A DNA stretch of 63,150 bases, the filler included, from Octopus bimaculoides (taxonomy: Eukaryota), in assembly GCF_001194135.2 (NCBI RefSeq). It is 5 parts of 5 records of this genome, joined end to end, with 100 filler letters (N's around TTAATTAATTAA, not from the genome) between each part and the next. Parts side by side here need not be neighbours in the genome. Positions count along the whole stretch, not along the records: positions 59,281 to 63,150 come from NC_068987.1; 4 more parts are not named here. One strand, written 5' to 3'. Both the position numbers and the translations under genes were made by a program. The notes beneath the pieces are model-generated. The model ran no database searches. It saw nothing but the letters and a program-made list of their open reading frames with translations, and was not told the origin of the DNA. Positions 60,861 through 63,150 of the stretch are shown here, in pieces (the stretch's first letter is position 1; each line of letters opens with the position of its first letter).

Positions 60861-61452
60861 TGTTATTATTATAATCCTCAGAGATTTCGTACAGAATAAA
60901 AAAAAAATTACCTCCTATTATCATCGTCGCAACCAAGAAAAAAATAAAAAAATAGAACAAAACAATACCAAACAGCAACATCAATAATAAAACAAGAGCA
61001 AAATATTTAAAATAACTAATAAAAAACAATGAAATAACCACAACAAGGGTAAGAATATATCGAAAGACAATAAGTTGTTCGCCATTTTGTATACATTATT
61101 CATTGCTGAAGCAAAATGGATGAAATCTCATGATAATATCAATTTGATATTTATGGTCTGTCCATCTCATTCCACTGTACAACGGTCAACGGAAATCGTC
61201 ATCTAAGCTCTATTCCTAAAGGAGCTTCTGCTCACTATATTTGAATACACCCTTACACATAGACACGCACGCACACAATACCATAAATATATATGTATAT
61301 ATACAGTGTATACTTATATGCTGTTACTGTACAGATATATATTCACGCATATTTACACATTCCTCTTCGCATAAATGCATGTATATATCTATTCATACAT
61401 ACATACACATGCACACACATATATATGTGCATATGTGCGTGTATGTAGAAAC

Positions 61453-61486
<34 letters not shown>

Positions 61487-61621
61487 GTGTATATACAAAC
61501 ATACATATATATATATATAAACATTGATATATTACTATATCATGCGTTACACATAGGCGAATAAGTCTGTCCTTATATATGCGGTGTGTGTGTATAGAAG
61601 TGAATATACATACAAGCACAC

Positions 61622-61654
<33 letters not shown>

Positions 61655-62054
61655 TGCTCACACTCATAAATATATACACATATATGTACACCTATGCGTG
61701 AATATTGCATATACAATACATTATTTGCCAATCTACTGATGCTGAATGGCAGGAATTATCTAAAAGACAAACGCAATTCTCAGTAGCCTGCCAGTTTTTA
61801 TTCCTGACAAGAGCAAAATGAGACCAATGGATGCGTTTATTCCCAACGGGAGATCGAAACTTGACAGTTCTTTTTCTCCTGTTTTGTTTTCAAATGAAAA
61901 TATTCGGTGGCAAAGAAGTTCAAGATTATCTGTTCGTCCTGTGCATATTTTGTTGTTCATAATGTCTGTATTGGTGCGTGTGTTTGTACATATGTATGCA
62001 TATGCATATATATATATGCTCACAGAGACGCGCGCGCACACGCACACCCACACG

Positions 62055-62114
<60 letters not shown>

Positions 62115-62720
62115 TACTTCCGTGTGTTTGTCTTTGCATATATATGTCTCCGAGATTTTATGAATAGTTTTCATATCTGTCTGTGCATCAAGATATTGAA
62201 TAACAAAGGTATCTATGTAATCTATACATGTATGTATGTGTGTATNNNNNNNNNNNNNNNNNNNNNNNNNNNNNNNNNNNNNNNNNNNNNNNNNNNNNNN
62301 NNNNNNNNNNNNNNNNNNNNNNNNNNNNNNNNNNNNNNNNNNNNNNNNNNNNNNNNNNNNNNNNNNNNNNNNNNNNNNNNNNNNNNNNNNNNNNNNNNNN
62401 NNNNNNNNNNNNNNNNNNNNNNNNNNNNNNNNNNNNNNNNNNNNNNNNNNNNNNNNNNNNNNNNNNNNNNNNNNNNNNNNNNNNNNNNNNNNNNNNNNNN
62501 NNNNNNNNNNNNNNNNNNNNNNNNNNNNNNNNNNNNNNNNNNNNNNNNNNNNNNNNNNNNNNNNNNNNNNNNNNNNNNNNNNNNNNNNNNNNNNNNNNNN
62601 NNNNNNNNNNNNNNNNNNNNNNNNNNNNNNNNNNNNNNNNNNNNNNNNNNNNNNNNNNNNNNNNNNNNNNNNNNNNNNNNNNNNNNNNNNNNNNNNNNNN
62701 NNNNNNNNNNNNNNNNNNNN

Positions 62721-62755
<35 letters not shown>

Positions 62756-63110
62756 CATACTTACGTATATATATACACAAATGTAACAAATGTATTTATT
62801 TGTCTAGTATACTCATGTGTGTGTGTGTGTGTGTGTGTTTGTGTGTTTGCGTGTGTCTGCGTGTGTTTGTCTATATCTATGCGTGTATGTGTATTTGTGC
62901 TAGCTGGCATATGTAGATGTATATGTGTTGCATTGTACATATCTATGAAGACACACACACACACACACACGCACACACACACATACACGCACATACACAC
63001 ACACACACAAACACACACAAACACACACATACATATACATTTACATATACATGTATTTTTATATATCTATATATATGTTGATAATTTGGGCAGCTGAACA
63101 TGTTCGTGTG

Positions 63111-63150
<40 letters not shown>

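Noticed and set aside
8117-63097. Long ORFs in the track containing X runs or HT/YI/CV/poly-N/poly-I/poly-Y repeats
   Set aside because: They are translations of N gaps and di- or trinucleotide microsatellites, with no coding signal.

Overview
AT-rich, microsatellite-dense eukaryotic DNA from a fragmented short-read scaffold: many N gaps, mostly at (TA)n/(CA)n tracts, plus four artificial N44-TTAATTAATTAA-N44 joins. The repeat content (tRNA-derived SINEs with internal microsatellites, RTE and R4/Dong-like LINE ends, mariner/maT relics) looks like a coleoid cephalopod, probably an octopus. That is my recognition of the repeats, not a database result. One host gene can be built by hand on the + strand from largely phase-compatible exons (24032-24221, 25369-26501, 26993->27413, 28516-28833, possibly 30214-30269). 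It encodes a Ser/Pro/His-rich, probably disordered protein with no family I recognise. Almost all other ORFs in the track are microsatellite or gap artefacts. The rest is layered mobile DNA: four SINE types (labelled A-D locally), LINE 3' ends, three mariner relics, a DD37D maT relic interrupted by a TGT...ACA composite element, piggyBac-type MITEs and a decayed Gypsy gag. I found no convincing new multi-gene system. The most notable observations are a perfect 116-bp inverted templated insertion into a mariner relic, the composite Ginger-like insertion, several long hairpins, a step in CpG content near 23.5 kb, an 18-bp minisatellite carrying tandem AATAAA, and an intronic DR4-phased decamer array.
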